Counted from the stretch's first letter, positions 31,435 through 44,888 are shown. The stretch: DNA of 64,000 bases from an uncultured delta proteobacterium (GCA_963826785.1 CAWGYD010000003.1:64001-128000); one strand, 5' to 3'. Notes: a model not told the origin generated them from the sequence alone. Program-made: numbers and translations.

Positions 31435-33132
31435 TCACAATAGAATCTGCTGATAAAGCTGGTTGAATCGTTCTTTGGCTTCCGCGACCTGCGCCGAACC
31501 CATCCGGGTGCGGACGATCGCCTGCTGGCGCGCGGCGATCTCCTTTCCCTGGGCCGCCACCAGGCCCAGCCATGCATAGGCGTTGACATCGTTCTGGGGC
31601 GTGCCATAGCCGTTGAAATACATCATGGCCAGGTTGTACTGGGCGTTGACGTTTCCCTTAAAAGCCGCTGTTTCATACCATTTGAATGCTTTCTTAAAAT
31701 CTTTGGCCACGCCCAGCCCATTATAATACATGCCGGCGATCCGGTACTGGGAATAGAGATTTCCCTCCATGGCGGCCTGCTCGTGCCAGTGTGCCGCCGC
31801 TTTCAGGTCCTGGACCACGCCCATGCCGTTGTCATACAAAACGCCCAGGCGGCTCATGGCCTTGTCATAACCGCCATCCGCGGACGTTTTATACCATGTC
31901 ATGGCTTCATTGAAGTCTTTGTTGAGGCCGCATGCTCCATCCTCATACATGACGCCTAAACCGAACTGGGCCTCCCGGCTGCCGTTTTCAGCCGCTCTGC
32001 GGCACCACTGGAGGGCTTTGGCATCGTCTTTTTCCTTTCCCAGACTGCCGTTGACATACATCATGGAGATGCGGTACATGGCCAGCCCGTAGCCGCCGTC
32101 GGCGGCCTTTTGATACCAGTCGACCGCCTTGCCTTGATCTTCGGCCACCCCGTAGCCGTTTTCGTACATGTAGGCCAGGCAGTACTGTGCCGGCGGATAC
32201 CCCGGACCAGCCGCCTTGGCGAACCATTTGGCCGCTTTCTCATCATCCTTTTCAAAGCCGCCTTCGCCGTTGAAAATCATCATGCCGATATTGAACTGAG
32301 ACTGGACCGATCCCTGGGACTCCGCACGCCTGTACCACTTCAGGGCCTCGGCCAGATCCCGGGGCACCCCCTCCCCCTTGTAATACATATCCGCCAGGGA
32401 ATACTGGGCGTCTTTATATCCTTCTTCCGCCGCTTTCTTATACCACTGGGCCGCTTTCTCCAGATCCCGGGGGATGCCGTCGCCGTTGTCATACATCACG
32501 CCCGCACTGTAGTACTGGACGGGCAGGGCGTCTTTTCCCCTTGCCGCCTTCAGGTACCACTGTGCGGCCGCGGGTTTGTTCTGTGCGGTGCCGAAACCAA
32601 AATATTCCATATGCGCATAGCTGTATTCCCCCAGGGTATGCTGGTTTTCGGCCGCCGCCGCGTACCACGCCATTGCCTTGCCGTAATCCTGCTCAACCCC
32701 CTGGCCGGTATAATACATGTACCCCAGCGTATACTGGGCCGCCGCACCGCCGGCCGCAGCCGCTTCTTCGAAGAGTTCTCGGGCCTTCTGATAATCCTGT
32801 TTTACCCCCTGCCCCTTGTAGTAACGGATGCCTTCGGCCGTCAGGCGCAGCATCTCGGGATCAGGCGCCGTCACCTGGGGCGGTGCGGGTGCATTGTCCG
32901 TCGTGATCTCGGGAGGTTTTGCAGCTTCCTTTTGGGCCTCCGGAGCCTCTGCGGCTTCCTCCTGCTGCTCTGTGATGAACTCCTCGACTTTTTCCTTCTG
33001 ATTCTCTTCAGATACGGCCGGTGGCTGGGATTGTGCAAACAGCGGATATGGAAGGCCTGACAGGAAAAAGACCAGGAAAACCAGAGCGATTGATCGAACG
33101 CCGAAAACGGATTTACCCGAAAATTTCATCAC
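31435..33132 (-). CDS. exported Sel1-repeat protein (12 repeats)
   Basis: Twelve ~36-aa AQY.LG.MY..G.GV..D...A..WY..AA repeats after a signal peptide and a Pro/Glu-rich linker. Confidence 0.92.
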   Translation of the reverse strand: MMKFSGKSVFGVRSIALVFLVFFLSGLPYPLFAQSQPPAVSEENQKEKVEEFITEQQEEAAEAPEAQKEAAKPPEITTDNAPAPPQVTAPDPEMLRLTAEGIRYYKGQGVKQDYQKARELFEEAAAAGGAAAQYTLGYMYYTGQGVEQDYGKAMAWYAAAAENQHTLGEYSYAHMEYFGFGTAQNKPAAAQWYLKAARGKDALPVQYYSAGVMYDNGDGIPRDLEKAAQWYKKAAEEGYKDAQYSLADMYYKGEGVPRDLAEALKWYRRAESQGSVQSQFNIGMMIFNGEGGFEKDDEKAAKWFAKAAGPGYPPAQYCLAYMYENGYGVAEDQGKAVDWYQKAADGGYGLAMYRISMMYVNGSLGKEKDDAKALQWCRRAAENGSREAQFGLGVMYEDGACGLNKDFNEAMTWYKTSADGGYDKAMSRLGVLYDNGMGVVQDLKAAAHWHEQAAMEGNLYSQYRIAGMYYNGLGVAKDFKKAFKWYETAAFKGNVNAQYNLAMMYFNGYGTPQNDVNAYAWLGLVAAQGKEIAARQQAIVRTRMGSAQVAEAKERFNQLYQQILL

Positions 33133-33383
33133 ATTTCCCCCAGGATGCTTTCAATAGATGATTCAAACAATTGAATTATCTGCCTATATTTATTTTACAT
33201 GCCCCAAAGCCGGCAGATTGTCAAGGCAATTATAAACGGGCAAGGGCACAGCAGGCGTTTTACGGATCTTTACCTGATCCACCTGATCCCACCGGGATTG
33301 CCATTTTACCTCCAGGCGGTTATAATAATACGATCTGGATGCCGGATGGCGACAAAAAAGATAATGAATGGAAAGATCAGTAA

Positions 33384-34298
33384 ATGGATTACCGGCTTCG
33401 CCTGATTGATGCCATTGTTTCTGTTTTCAGCAAAGGACTCGTTCTGGGGACCGAGGAACTGCATTATCTGGAGTCTGCCATCGGAGATTCCCGTGCAAAG
33501 AGCGTGGCGGACATATTTTCCAGCGAGCAGGATTTCGAACAGCAGGCGTTTGCCCAACTGGTCTTTTTCCCGGATGAGGTTCTGCAGGAGCGGCTGGAAC
33601 CCCTTCTCTCCGGAACGGATTATACCATAGAAGACCGGGATGCGATCATTGATGCCCTGACCCGGCGCCGCATGCAAACCACCCTGTATTTCCCGGACCA
33701 GAAGGTCGGAATAAAGATCCACATCCCCGAAGATGCCCTCCGGTTGTATGTCTGTCGGCTCAATATCGAAAAGACCGTGGCTCCCGAGATTGGTGACACA
33801 TTAAACCGGTGCATTTCAGATCCGGCAGAAATAAACCGGGTCCGGGTGCGGGTCCGGAATTCCCGCTCCATTTTTTGCGGCGCCGCCCTTTCCTTCTTCT
33901 GCCGATGCATCGAAAAACTCCACTCTGATGCACGGTATTTCAGAGACTCCCTGGATCTGATCCTGGAACTGCTTCAGCCGCCGCAGACAGACGATGATTA
34001 TTACGGGATGCTGGCCGCCCAGAAATACCGCTGCCTGAAAATGCTCCATGACGACCGCAAAACCCGAAACGATCTGGTGCGGCAGAATACGGAGATTTTG
34101 ATGCTCAAAGGGATGCACGTCGGTGCGGTCAATACCGGGGCGGTGATCAGACAGATTGAACTGATCGATCACATCTGCCTGTCGGTTTTCGGCCGCATGG
34201 AATTTCAACATTCTCAAACTGCGGGCGAAGCGCCGCTGGATGTGGATATTTCAGATGGCACGGAAGAAATGGACCGGATTCTTCGGCTGCTGTCCTGA
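33384..34298 (+). CDS. hypothetical protein
   Basis: 304-aa ORF filling the gap between Sel1 and TPR genes; no family recognised. Confidence 0.65.
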   Translation: MDYRLRLIDAIVSVFSKGLVLGTEELHYLESAIGDSRAKSVADIFSSEQDFEQQAFAQLVFFPDEVLQERLEPLLSGTDYTIEDRDAIIDALTRRRMQTTLYFPDQKVGIKIHIPEDALRLYVCRLNIEKTVAPEIGDTLNRCISDPAEINRVRVRVRNSRSIFCGAALSFFCRCIEKLHSDARYFRDSLDLILELLQPPQTDDDYYGMLAAQKYRCLKMLHDDRKTRNDLVRQNTEILMLKGMHVGAVNTGAVIRQIELIDHICLSVFGRMEFQHSQTAGEAPLDVDISDGTEEMDRILRLLS

Positions 34299-34382
34299 TC
34301 TTTCCGCTAAAAGGCCAATTGCGTTTTGGCTTCGAGCAGCCGGTCAGACAGCAAGGGCATCGGCAGCGAACGCAACATGGAA

Positions 34383-35153
34383 TCAGCGCAGGTGCAGGAC
34401 CTGGTCGGCCGCATCTTCCGCCTCCTGCCGGAAATCCGCATCCGGGGCTAAAGAGGCCGCTTTCTTGAATGTCTGATACGCTTTGTTGTATTCATGCGCC
34501 TGTTGGTAGGCCCGGCCAAGATCCAGGTAAATGGGGGCCGCTTCCGGAACAACGGAGATGGCTTTTTTCATCAGGGAAATCGCCCTGGCATCATTCCCCT
34601 CTGCCAGATAGACCAGCCCCATCCCGTGAAGGGCTTTCGGAAAATCCGGTTTAATATCGAGTGCTTCCTTATAATAGGATTTGGCCTTGGCGTAATCGCC
34701 CTTTTTGTAATACACAAAACCCAGGTTGGTCAGGGGATAATGGGGCGTTCCGTAAATGAGATCCTCATTGACCTTCTTGAAGCACTCGATGGCCTCATCC
34801 CATTTGGCCTGCTCCATATAAGCCGAACCCAGGTTGTTCCGGGCGGGTGAATATTCGGGGTTCAGGTCCAGCGCCTCTTTGAAATGCGAAACGGCCAAAT
34901 CCACATTTTTCTTTGCCAGGTAAGCTAACCCCAGATCATTTTGCAGGAACGGATCCTTGTCAAAGAGGAGTTCCGCCTTGCGGAATTCCCGAAGGGCCTG
35001 GGTATACTGCCCCTGGTTCATATAGGCTTCCCCCAGATCCCTAAAGGCTTCGGACTGCTGTATCTTGACGGCATGTTTCTGCTTGATGCCGCAGGACAGA
35101 AGGGTTGAAATAAAAATAAGTATCAGAATACGGCAAAACCAGCCGGCTTTCAT
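34383..35153 (-). CDS. TPR lipoprotein, Tgl/PilF(PilW)-like pilotin candidate
   Basis: Lipobox LLSC; several TPRs (NNLGSAY, TNLGFVY); NEDLIYGTP resembles Tgl/PilF. Confidence 0.7.
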   Translation of the reverse strand: MKAGWFCRILILIFISTLLSCGIKQKHAVKIQQSEAFRDLGEAYMNQGQYTQALREFRKAELLFDKDPFLQNDLGLAYLAKKNVDLAVSHFKEALDLNPEYSPARNNLGSAYMEQAKWDEAIECFKKVNEDLIYGTPHYPLTNLGFVYYKKGDYAKAKSYYKEALDIKPDFPKALHGMGLVYLAEGNDARAISLMKKAISVVPEAAPIYLDLGRAYQQAHEYNKAYQTFKKAASLAPDADFRQEAEDAADQVLHLR

Positions 35154-35185
35154 GTCGTCGCTCCTGTTGGAAAAAAAATTGCGAA

Positions 35186-37078
35186 TTAACGGTCCGGCCG
35201 GATCCTGACCACCCGGATGCCGGATTGGTTCAGAAAGGCCAGAATATCCGGTTGCAGTGCTGCGGAAGTGACCAGAAGCCCATTTTCGCCTGCATCCGCT
35301 CGCGTGATCAGTTGCCCGGGTATGCTGATGGAGGTGTTGTAAATTCTCGGGCGATGGGCTGCAAAAAAGACCGGCGTTTCGGTGCGGTCCACCGGCAGGA
35401 TATCAAGCAGGGCGGCAAAAATTGCATCGGGATCATTTTTTGCGGTGATCTGGATCACTTTGAACCCCGTTGATTCGATGGCCCGGACCGCATCCCCCTG
35501 GAAATTTCCGAAGTCGATGAGATATTCCCCGCGGGTCCCCAGCGACAGGAGATTGCTTTGCGCCGAGACCTGAAAACCGGCATAGGGGAAACTCACCTCA
35601 ATCCCTTCCTGGTAGGAAACGCCCAGCAGAGACAATAAGTTCCTGACAAAATCCGGTGGATCCGCTGCATCCAATACAACGGCCGGGGGGGCGTATACCG
35701 CCCCGCGGGTTGAATCCGTTGACACCGGCAACAGCACGCTTTTCCTGCTGACCCATTCGTTGATCGTCACCTGGTGCTGTTTCAGGTAGTCGCGAATGAT
35801 TTCCGGCATCGCCTCTTTCGGATTTTCGATCAATGTCAAAACGGTTTTGCCGGACTGACCGGGGGTGTCATAGATATATTCCCCCCGCACGTCGATGATG
35901 ACAGACTGATCGGTAATGGTGAATTTGTTTTCACATCCGTCTTCGTGAATGGCCGGGCAGATACTGTCCAGCAGGTCGCGCACGGACGGATCCTCTCCCG
36001 CCGTCACCACCCGGGTCTTTTTCCAGAAAGAGCGGATGACGTCCCGGTCCGTTTCAGCCAGATCCTCTTGAACAAACAGCAGCTTCAGCCCGTCCGGAAA
36101 TTCCATGACCGGATTTGATGCCAGATCCAGCTTCAGGTCCTCGCGGCCGATTCGGGGGAAGAAATATTCTCCTTTGTTCAGCAAGGTGGCGCCCAGAAGG
36201 GAAGCCGCCTTCTTATACGCAAAAGGAAGGGACGGCTTGAGTTCTTCCAGTGGATCGGAAAGGGCAGTCGGAGCGATGGGCTGGAGTTCTTCCAGCAGCA
36301 ATTCCGATTGTGTCTCGATGGGCGCGATTTCGGCAATTTCCGAAACGGGAGCCGGAATCGGCGCCGGCGGTGTCTGGGTTTTGGGTTTTTCCGCCCGGGG
36401 CGGCGGCGCTTCCTTTTCCGCCTTGACCATCAGTTCGCCCGAGGCGTCAAACAGGCCGGCATACCATTCCTGCTCCTGAATGCCGGGCTTGGGCAGTTTG
36501 AGTTCCTGACCCACCCGGATCATATTCAGATTTTTAAGATCCGGATTGATATACTTAAAAATCTGCAGGGCCTGGCGGTATTTTCGCGAATTAACCGGCC
36601 CGAAGTCCCGGTTCAGCAGAGTCGAAACCGATTCGCCTTCCTGAACGACGTGGATCATGGAGTTTTCGATGAGCTTGACCGGAATGCTGGTGATGGTGAT
36701 CACCGGGATGGTGACAGAGCCGCTGGCCTGGCCTTCCAGGGAATCCGGTTCCAGAATCTTCAAGGGGATCAGAATCCGCTGGCCGGGATAAATCGTATTC
36801 ACATCCGGCAGATCAGGGTTGATCCGCTTGAAGATCTCCAGAAACTCGGGATAGTCTTTCTGCGAGATCTCCCCCCGCTGCCGAAACAGCTTGGTCACCC
36901 AGTCGTTCGGACGGACCACATAGGGGTCGCACAGGATGTCGCTTCCCCTGTCCTTGCAGACGGTGAATTTTTTTTCAATAAATGCGCCGTCTGCCGGGTG
37001 AACCCAGATGCCGGCGCCGGCAAGCACCAGTCCAAGCAGCAGCCATCCGGTTAAAAAAGGGACTTTCGGATTCTTCAT
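35186..37078 (-). CDS. exported protein with two LysM-like domains
   Basis: YVVRPND...INPDLPDVNTIYPGQRILIP and HVVQEGE...INPDLKNLNMIRVGQELKLP. Confidence 0.75.
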   Translation of the reverse strand: MKNPKVPFLTGWLLLGLVLAGAGIWVHPADGAFIEKKFTVCKDRGSDILCDPYVVRPNDWVTKLFRQRGEISQKDYPEFLEIFKRINPDLPDVNTIYPGQRILIPLKILEPDSLEGQASGSVTIPVITITSIPVKLIENSMIHVVQEGESVSTLLNRDFGPVNSRKYRQALQIFKYINPDLKNLNMIRVGQELKLPKPGIQEQEWYAGLFDASGELMVKAEKEAPPPRAEKPKTQTPPAPIPAPVSEIAEIAPIETQSELLLEELQPIAPTALSDPLEELKPSLPFAYKKAASLLGATLLNKGEYFFPRIGREDLKLDLASNPVMEFPDGLKLLFVQEDLAETDRDVIRSFWKKTRVVTAGEDPSVRDLLDSICPAIHEDGCENKFTITDQSVIIDVRGEYIYDTPGQSGKTVLTLIENPKEAMPEIIRDYLKQHQVTINEWVSRKSVLLPVSTDSTRGAVYAPPAVVLDAADPPDFVRNLLSLLGVSYQEGIEVSFPYAGFQVSAQSNLLSLGTRGEYLIDFGNFQGDAVRAIESTGFKVIQITAKNDPDAIFAALLDILPVDRTETPVFFAAHRPRIYNTSISIPGQLITRADAGENGLLVTSAALQPDILAFLNQSGIRVVRIRPDR

Positions 37079-37083
37079 GCCGT

Positions 37084-39902
<2,819 letters not shown>

Positions 39903-39909
39903 TTAAAAA

Positions 39910-39938
39910 AAATTACCACGCTGCTCAGTCTTCGTCAA
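39910..39938 (-). promoter_or_regulatory. sigma70-type promoter of the serS-thrC operon
   Basis: Minus strand TTGACG-N17-TAATTT with TG extension. Confidence 0.55.
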
Positions 39939-40002
39939 TCATTATTGAAATTTATCGCATTATCAGATATAGAGAATAGAAATTTTACTTCGGAGTGGCT
40001 CA

Positions 40003-40590
40003 ATGGAGGATCTAATCGAAAAAAAACTGGCACTTAGAGCAGAAATCCGGGAGCGCCTGGATGCGTTGCCGAAAAAGGCCATCCAGGCCAGGCGTAAATC
40101 AGTAGAAGCGCAGCTGTTTGATTTTGCCAATTTCCTTGAGGCCGAACTGTCACTGCTCTATCTGAGCCGCCCCCATGAAGTGGATACCTGGGACATTCTG
40201 AAATGGTGCCGCGAGTCATCCAAGGAAATCGTACTCCCATTGTTTGATCCCAAGGGGGGGGGCACCGTGTTCTACAAGGTCGCCGATCTGGAATCCGATC
40301 TGATGGAAGGTCCCGATCATACCCGAATACCGGACCCGGATCGTTGCAAATCCATCGATGCGGATGATATTGATATTGCCATCATCCCCGGAATCGGTTT
40401 TGACGAAAAAGGCGGACGGCTGGGAAGCGGCTCCGGCCGGTACGACCGCCTCATCCCCCTGCTTCCCGCCACCGCCCGCAAAGTGGCCCTGGCCTTCGAA
40501 GACCAGCTGGTGCCGGCCATTCCCATGGAATCCCATGACAAGTACGTGGACATCATCATCACCGATACGCGGGTGATCTACAAAATTTGA
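40003..40590 (+). CDS. 5-formyltetrahydrofolate cyclo-ligase family protein
   Basis: IIPGIGFD, GRLGSGSGRYDR, ESHD. Confidence 0.88.
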   Translation: MEDLIEKKLALRAEIRERLDALPKKAIQARRKSVEAQLFDFANFLEAELSLLYLSRPHEVDTWDILKWCRESSKEIVLPLFDPKGGGTVFYKVADLESDLMEGPDHTRIPDPDRCKSIDADDIDIAIIPGIGFDEKGGRLGSGSGRYDRLIPLLPATARKVALAFEDQLVPAIPMESHDKYVDIIITDTRVIYKI

Positions 40591-40668
40591 ACTCCGGATA
40601 ACGGCAGCCTGAAAACCCTCTCATTCCGATCGCCGCCTAAGATCCCCAATCCGTTTGGAACAATTCCC

Positions 40669-42030
40669 ATGACCATGCCTGTCGTCGCCATTGTGGGCCA
40701 TCCCAATGCCGGGAAATCGACCCTGTTCAACCGAATCACTAAAACCCGGGACGCCCTGGTGGACGATTTTCCCGGCGTCACCCGGGACCGCCACTATGGA
40801 ACGGCCCGATGGAATGACCTTGAATTCACGGTGGTCGACACCGGCGGGTTTACGACCGGCGACGCACACGAATTAAACGCCCTCAGCCGGGAACAGGTCC
40901 ATGCCGCCATCCGGGAATCCGATGCGGTCATCCTCCTGCTGGATGGAAAGGCCGGGGTGACCCCCTATGACGACGAGCTGATCAAACTGGTCCGGGAGGT
41001 TTCCTGCCCTGTCTTTTATGCCGTCAACAAGATTGACGGCCCCGATCGGGAGGAGCAGCTCTATGATTTTTTCCGGCTGGGCGTGGAACCCCTCCATTCC
41101 ATATCCGCCGAGCACGGATACGGCGTACCCGATTTTCTGGATGTTCTTACCGCCGCGCTCCCGACGGCTGATTCGCCCCCTCCCGAAGATGTCATCCATA
41201 TATCCGTGATCGGCCGGCCCAATGTGGGGAAATCGTCGCTGATCAACCGGTTCCTGGGAGAAAACCGGGTGATTGTCAGCCCCCATCCCGGCACCACCCG
41301 GGATTCCGTGGATACCCCCTTCCGGATCAATGACCGCGCCTGCCTGCTCATCGATACCGCCGGGATCCGCCGAAAAAAGCAGGTTTCGGAAAAAATTGAA
41401 AAATATTCCATTATCAAGGCATTAAAAAGCATCGATCGGAGCGACGTGGTCCTGATCCTCCTCGATGCCGTCGAAGGCGTTACGGAGCAGGACGTCCGGA
41501 TTGCCGGGTATGCCTATGACCGGGGCCGCAGCTGCATTTTTCTGCTCAACAAATGGGACCTGGTGGAAAAAGAGGGCAACCCCCTCAAGCGCCTGAAGGA
41601 GGATCTTCAGGATGCGGCCAAGTACGTGAGTTTCGCCCCGGTTCTGGCCATCTCCGCACTTACCGGGAGGGGCGTGGCCAAAATTTTCCCCGTCATCGAA
41701 GCGGTCTACGACCAGTTCAACACGCGGGTATCCACCGGACCGCTCAACAAAATCTTCGAACGGGCAACGGCAAAGACAGAACCCTCTTTGTATCACGGAC
41801 GGCGCATCAAGTTTTTCTACGCCACCCAGCTCACCGTAAAACCGCCCTCTTTTGTCTGCTTTGTCAATTCCCCGGAAGGGATTCATTTTTCATATCAGCG
41901 CTACCTCATCAACCAGATCCGATCCGGCACCGGTCTGGACAAGGTGCCCCTGCGCCTGTTTTTCCGGAAGCGCTCCGGATCCGGGGCTCCCCGGCGGCCG
42001 AAGAACAAAACAAAGCGGTTGAAAAAGTAG
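40669..42030 (+). CDS. der: ribosome biogenesis GTPase Der (EngA)
   Basis: Two tandem G domains (GHPNAGKS/DTGG/NKID; GRPNVGKS/DTAG/NKWD) plus KH-like C-terminus. Confidence 0.96.
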   Translation: MTMPVVAIVGHPNAGKSTLFNRITKTRDALVDDFPGVTRDRHYGTARWNDLEFTVVDTGGFTTGDAHELNALSREQVHAAIRESDAVILLLDGKAGVTPYDDELIKLVREVSCPVFYAVNKIDGPDREEQLYDFFRLGVEPLHSISAEHGYGVPDFLDVLTAALPTADSPPPEDVIHISVIGRPNVGKSSLINRFLGENRVIVSPHPGTTRDSVDTPFRINDRACLLIDTAGIRRKKQVSEKIEKYSIIKALKSIDRSDVVLILLDAVEGVTEQDVRIAGYAYDRGRSCIFLLNKWDLVEKEGNPLKRLKEDLQDAAKYVSFAPVLAISALTGRGVAKIFPVIEAVYDQFNTRVSTGPLNKIFERATAKTEPSLYHGRRIKFFYATQLTVKPPSFVCFVNSPEGIHFSYQRYLINQIRSGTGLDKVPLRLFFRKRSGSGAPRRPKNKTKRLKK

Positions 42031-42055
42031 CCGGTTGCAAAAAGTAGCCGGTTGC
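42022..42055. repeat. 2 x 17 bp tandem repeat across the der stop codon
   Basis: AAAAAGTAGCCGGTTGC twice. Confidence 0.9.
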
Positions 42056-42093
42056 ATTGATCCCGTGATTGCCAATTTCAACAGGTTTTTGCC

Positions 42094-43469
42094 ATGACCC
42101 GCAAAAAGCCGCCCGATGATTCACCTGATATGTTTGAGCACCAGGCCCGGAACGCGGCAGCTCAGACCGCCCCCCTGGCCGACCGGATGCGCCCCAGGAC
42201 CTTAGATGATTTTCTGGGGCAGGACCACGCCGTGGGACCGGGAACCCCCATCCGGAACGCCATTTCACAGGACCGGCTTTTTTCCATGATCCTTTGGGGG
42301 CCGCCGGGATGCGGCAAAACCACCCTGGCCCGGATCATCGCGCATCAGACCCAGTGCCATTTCGTTCATTTTTCCGCCGTGCTTTCCGGGGTCAAGGAGA
42401 TCCGCAGCGTCATCGATATTGCCCGCCAGCAGCACAGCTTTCACCGCAGGCGGACACTTCTGTTCGTGGATGAGATTCACCGCTTCAACAAAGCCCAGCA
42501 GGACGCGTTTTTGCATCACGTGGAAAGCGGACTGATCACCCTGATCGGCGCCACCACCGAAAACCCGTCCTTTGAGGTCATCCCCGCCCTCATGTCCCGC
42601 TGCCAGGTGATCACCTTAAAATCCCTGGGCGACGAAGAAATGAAAACACTTTTGCAGCGGGCGTTGGCCGACCGCGAACACGGGCTGGGAAATCTTCGCA
42701 CCACCGTCTCCGACGAGGCGCTGGCCCACCTGGTCTCCATTTCAGACGGTGATGCCCGCTCCGCCTTAAACGCGCTTGAAATTTCGGTGTTTACCGTCCT
42801 GCAGCAGGGGGATGGAAAAAATGAAATTGTACTTTCGAGATGTGGAAAACGCCCTGCAGCGCCGGGCGCTTGTCCTATGACAAGTCCGGCGACGAGCATT
42901 TCAACCTGATTTCCGCCTTTCACAAAAGCCTGCGGGGCAGCGACCCGGATGCGGCGCTTTACTGGCTGGCCCGGATGCTGTCCGCTGGGGAGCACCCGCT
43001 CTACATTGCCCGGCGCATGGTCCGGTTTGCTTCCGAGGATGTGGGAAACGCCGACCCCCGGGCCCTGTCCGTCGCCATGGATGCCATGGAAGCCTACCGG
43101 TTCCTCGGCTCTCCCGAAGGGGATCTCTGCCTGGCCCAGGCAGCGGCCTATCTCGCCACCGCGCCCAAGAGCAACAGCATTTACAAGGCCTACGGACTGG
43201 TGCGCGAGACCATCCGGGATACCGGCACGCTTGCCGTTCCGCTGCATATCCGAAACGCCCCCACCCGGCTGATGAAGGACCTGGGCTACGGAAAGGATTA
43301 CAAATACGCCCATGACTACAAAGACGCCCATGTGCCCCAGGATTATCTGCCGGACAAGCTCAAGGGGCGCCTTTTTTACCATCCCACGGACCGGGGGGAT
43401 GAAAAGCTGATCAAACAGCGCCTGGATAAATGGCGGGAACTGATGAAAAAGAAGGTGGAAGACGGATAG
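42094..43469 (+). pseudogene. rarA: replication-associated recombination protein RarA/MgsA, frameshifted at about 42833-42871 (probably sequencing error)
   Basis: PLADRMRP, GPPGCGKT, DEIHRF in the first frame; [25 protein letters not shown] in another; linker [11 protein letters not shown] in the third. Confidence 0.85.
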
Positions 43470-43478
43470 GGCAACCCC

Positions 43479-44264
43479 TTATTTTTTCGGTCGGATCTCC
43501 CTTGAGGGCTGGCCCAGGGTAAACAGCCGGATCCAGGCCATCCCGAGCTTCAGCAGGGCCACGTCATCGGTTTTGACCTTCAGCCGCAGCTCTGTCTTAA
43601 TGCGGTAACGCTTCAAAAACGTGCTGTCTAAAACAAACTCCCGGAACGCGTCCATGTTGTAGGCGGCCATGAATGCCATTTTGGCTTTTTGGCTCTCCGG
43701 CCCCGCCCCTTCGAACGGATCCGACTGGAAATGCCTGAGCAGATCCGCCCACATCATGGTCATCTGGTTGTAAAACGCCGCCGCCTGGTCGGTCTCCCAT
43801 GATTTGATCGTCCAGGGCGCATCTTCATTCCCGCCCCGGCAGAAATCCGGGGGACGAAAAAAATGGACCCGGCGGGTCTGATCGGTTTTAGCGTCGTAAT
43901 AGAGCCCGTGCTCCACCGGAAACGCCCGGCAGGTCTGGGGCCGGTCCGGATACACACGGCATCCGGCGTCCGTCAGAAAAGGGCAGGTCCGCTCCGGGTT
44001 GTCCGCCATTTGCAGCATCACATCCGGGAAAAAATGCCCGTCGCGCAGCACCACATCCGTGTAGGCCTCTATGAATTCCCCCGAAGAGATCCCCAAGTGC
44101 TGCTTGAGGCGGATGATGTCATAGGGGTGCAAAAACAGCTTGAGGTTGCGGCAGCAGCGGTTGAAGCAGGAAATTTCCGGGTGGCAACGGAAATTGAAGG
44201 TATCCTCGGGCGACAGCAGGCGGCCCGGAATATCGGTCAGGGCAGTGGTCTCAATATATTTCAT
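43479..44264 (-). CDS. YkgJ/UPF0153 cysteine-cluster protein
   Basis: FRCHPEISCFNRCC; CPFL...CRVYPDRPQTCR. Confidence 0.85.
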   Translation of the reverse strand: MKYIETTALTDIPGRLLSPEDTFNFRCHPEISCFNRCCRNLKLFLHPYDIIRLKQHLGISSGEFIEAYTDVVLRDGHFFPDVMLQMADNPERTCPFLTDAGCRVYPDRPQTCRAFPVEHGLYYDAKTDQTRRVHFFRPPDFCRGGNEDAPWTIKSWETDQAAAFYNQMTMMWADLLRHFQSDPFEGAGPESQKAKMAFMAAYNMDAFREFVLDSTFLKRYRIKTELRLKVKTDDVALLKLGMAWIRLFTLGQPSREIRPKK

Positions 44265-44285
44265 GGCGTAAAATCTTTTGTGATT

Positions 44286-44888
44286 TCAAGTGGTGGCATC
44301 ATCCAAGGGATGGAGCATCTGGGCGACTGTCTTTTTCAATTTGCCCGCAAGGCCGGTCTGCTGCTGAAACGCCTGCTCCAGCAGGGCCAGACCGCGGTAG
44401 AACGGGGTGCGGTCAAACCGGACATACCCTTTATCTGCGCAGCGGCGGTCAAATTCATGGCATCCGGGCCCGTACACCGGATGCTTTCCCGGCAGGCAAA
44501 ATTCATGCGGCAGGCCGTGCAGGCGGCAGATCATGGGGCGAAACGCATACAGGCGACATCGGCCATCCCCATTGACGGGGCACATCACCCGGGGGGTCAG
44601 CCGGCGCTCCATAGCTTCTGTCACCCGCCGGTTGACTTCGGCCGCCTCCTGTCTGATCCGGTGCTGCGCCTGCGTTTCCAGTTGATAAAATCCCTGCATC
44701 AGCCCGGCAAATTCGATATGGGTGTGGTGATAAAAGCGGGTCAGGCAGCAGTTTTCCGAACACCCCGCACATTCAAACCCATAGGATGCGGCTGTTTTCG
44801 CATAAGCGGCATCCATTTGTCCATAAAGGGCATGCAGCGGGTCCAGAAAAGGACGGGCAACGCTTAAAAACGCAGGGGTCACGGGCAA
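44286..44888 (-). CDS. YkgJ/UPF0153-like cysteine-cluster protein
   Basis: CAGCSENCC; CPVN...CRLYAFRPMICR. Confidence 0.8.
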   Translation of the reverse strand: MPVTPAFLSVARPFLDPLHALYGQMDAAYAKTAASYGFECAGCSENCCLTRFYHHTHIEFAGLMQGFYQLETQAQHRIRQEAAEVNRRVTEAMERRLTPRVMCPVNGDGRCRLYAFRPMICRLHGLPHEFCLPGKHPVYGPGCHEFDRRCADKGYVRFDRTPFYRGLALLEQAFQQQTGLAGKLKKTVAQMLHPLDDATT

